A stretch of 63,137 bases of DNA, the filler included, from Octopus bimaculoides (taxonomy: Eukaryota), in NCBI RefSeq assembly GCF_001194135.2. It is 7 parts of 7 records of this genome, joined end to end, with 100 filler letters (N's around TTAATTAATTAA, not from the genome) between each part and the next. Parts side by side here need not be neighbours in the genome. Positions count along the whole stretch, not along the records: positions 62,097 to 63,137 come from NW_026377610.1; 6 more parts are not named here. One strand, written 5' to 3'. The notes beneath the pieces are model-generated. The model was not told where the DNA came from. It saw nothing but the letters and a program-made list of their open reading frames with translations, and did no database searches. Shown in pieces: positions 61,997-63,137 of this stretch (positions are counted from its first letter, which is position 1; the number at the start of each line of letters is the position of its first letter). The translations under genes were made by a program, and so were the position numbers.

Positions 61997-63087
61997 NNNN
62001 NNNNNNNNNNNNNNNNNNNNNNNNNNNNNNNNNNNNNNNNTTAATTAATTAANNNNNNNNNNNNNNNNNNNNNNNNNNNNNNNNNNNNNNNNNNNNCACG
62101 TGGTTAGAATACACATCTCAGGATCGTAAATTCGTGCTTTCGATTCCCGCTGGTATGCTGTATCCTTGAGCTGGACTCTTTATTTGACGTAACCCAAGTT
62201 CATTAAGTTAGCAAAAATGAGTTATGCCTGCAATTCAAAAGGCCAGCCTTGTGACATTCTGTGACAGGCTGAATCTTCCTGAGAACTACTTGAAAGGGCA
62301 TTAGCGTTTGTGGAGTGCTCAATCACCTGCACGTTAAGTTCACAAGCAGGCTGTTCCGTTGATCGGATCAACTAGAATCCCTGTTGTCGTAACCGACGGA
62401 ATGCCAGTGTCTGTCTCGTATTCGTATTGTTGCATTCATGCTATTCCACCTATGACTATGTAACTCTGTGCCTATATATATGTGTATCTAAAACTGCTAC
62501 AATACAAATGGAACTATAAATGACAATACTGTGTATATAGGGTAATATGCCCCCAGCTTGAAGCCGGAAAAACATTAACGAAGTAAACTTACGGGTATCG
62601 ATCAACACATATTTCGTTTATTGGATGGACGTGATAAGCATTGCAAGGAGGCGATGCGATTAACATAATATCTCTTTCTTAAGCACTTATTCAAATTTCC
62701 TAATACCTTAAGCGAAGCATTTATGTACATATACATACACACATACATATACACACACGCACGCGCACACACAAACATACACACACACACGCACACAAGT
62801 AATTATTTAGACCTTGGGTATATGATTAGTACGCTGATGAAAGCACTTTCACTGTTTAGGCTACCTAATGTCATTCCCAGTTTTGCCAAGCGACACCGAC
62901 TATATTTAGCGCAGTATATTATTTAAAATAAGACACACTACTAGATGTATTCTGCACAGATGGATGCATCACAACCAACTGTACAGTATCCCTCCCGAAA
63001 GGGACAGATACAGGATGGATCGAAACGATGGCTGTGTTGAATAGAGAGCCTTGCAAACTCCATTTTCCATTTTCCTGATTCATTATG

Positions 63088-63128
<41 letters not shown>

Positions 63129-63137
63129 GTCTGTGTG

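Noticed and set aside
62941-63126. Cys-rich ORF (CICPFREGYCTVGC) as an EGF-like exon, plus small GAAA-tetraloop hairpins
   Set aside because: Cys spacing is incomplete, splice sites are poor, and the stems are short enough to be chance.

Overview
AT-rich, microsatellite- and SINE-dense eukaryotic DNA with many assembly gaps. The repeat families and composition suggest a coleoid cephalopod, probably Octopus (inference). Almost every ORF in the supplied track is a microsatellite or transposon artefact. Reading splice sites by hand gives one minus-strand gene spanning nearly the whole window (CDS 54787 to 1286, nine short coding exons, all phases compatible). It encodes a ~330-aa (or ~358-aa) type I membrane protein: signal peptide, CUB, LDL-receptor class A, TM, ~50-aa tail. 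The predicted tail holds two exact ITIM-consensus motifs (IDYTVL, LHYNNL) 31 residues apart. Sequence signals also suggest tail-less and soluble isoforms. The introns contain Penelope-like element (PLE) remnants with about a dozen hammerhead-ribozyme-like motifs (two nearly complete), Tc1/mariner, maT, hAT, piggyBac-like and Helitron-like elements, a decayed LINE, several SINE families and several long hairpins. The CUB and LDLa exons are well supported. The small exons and all isoform claims are hand-derived and need RNA-seq confirmation.
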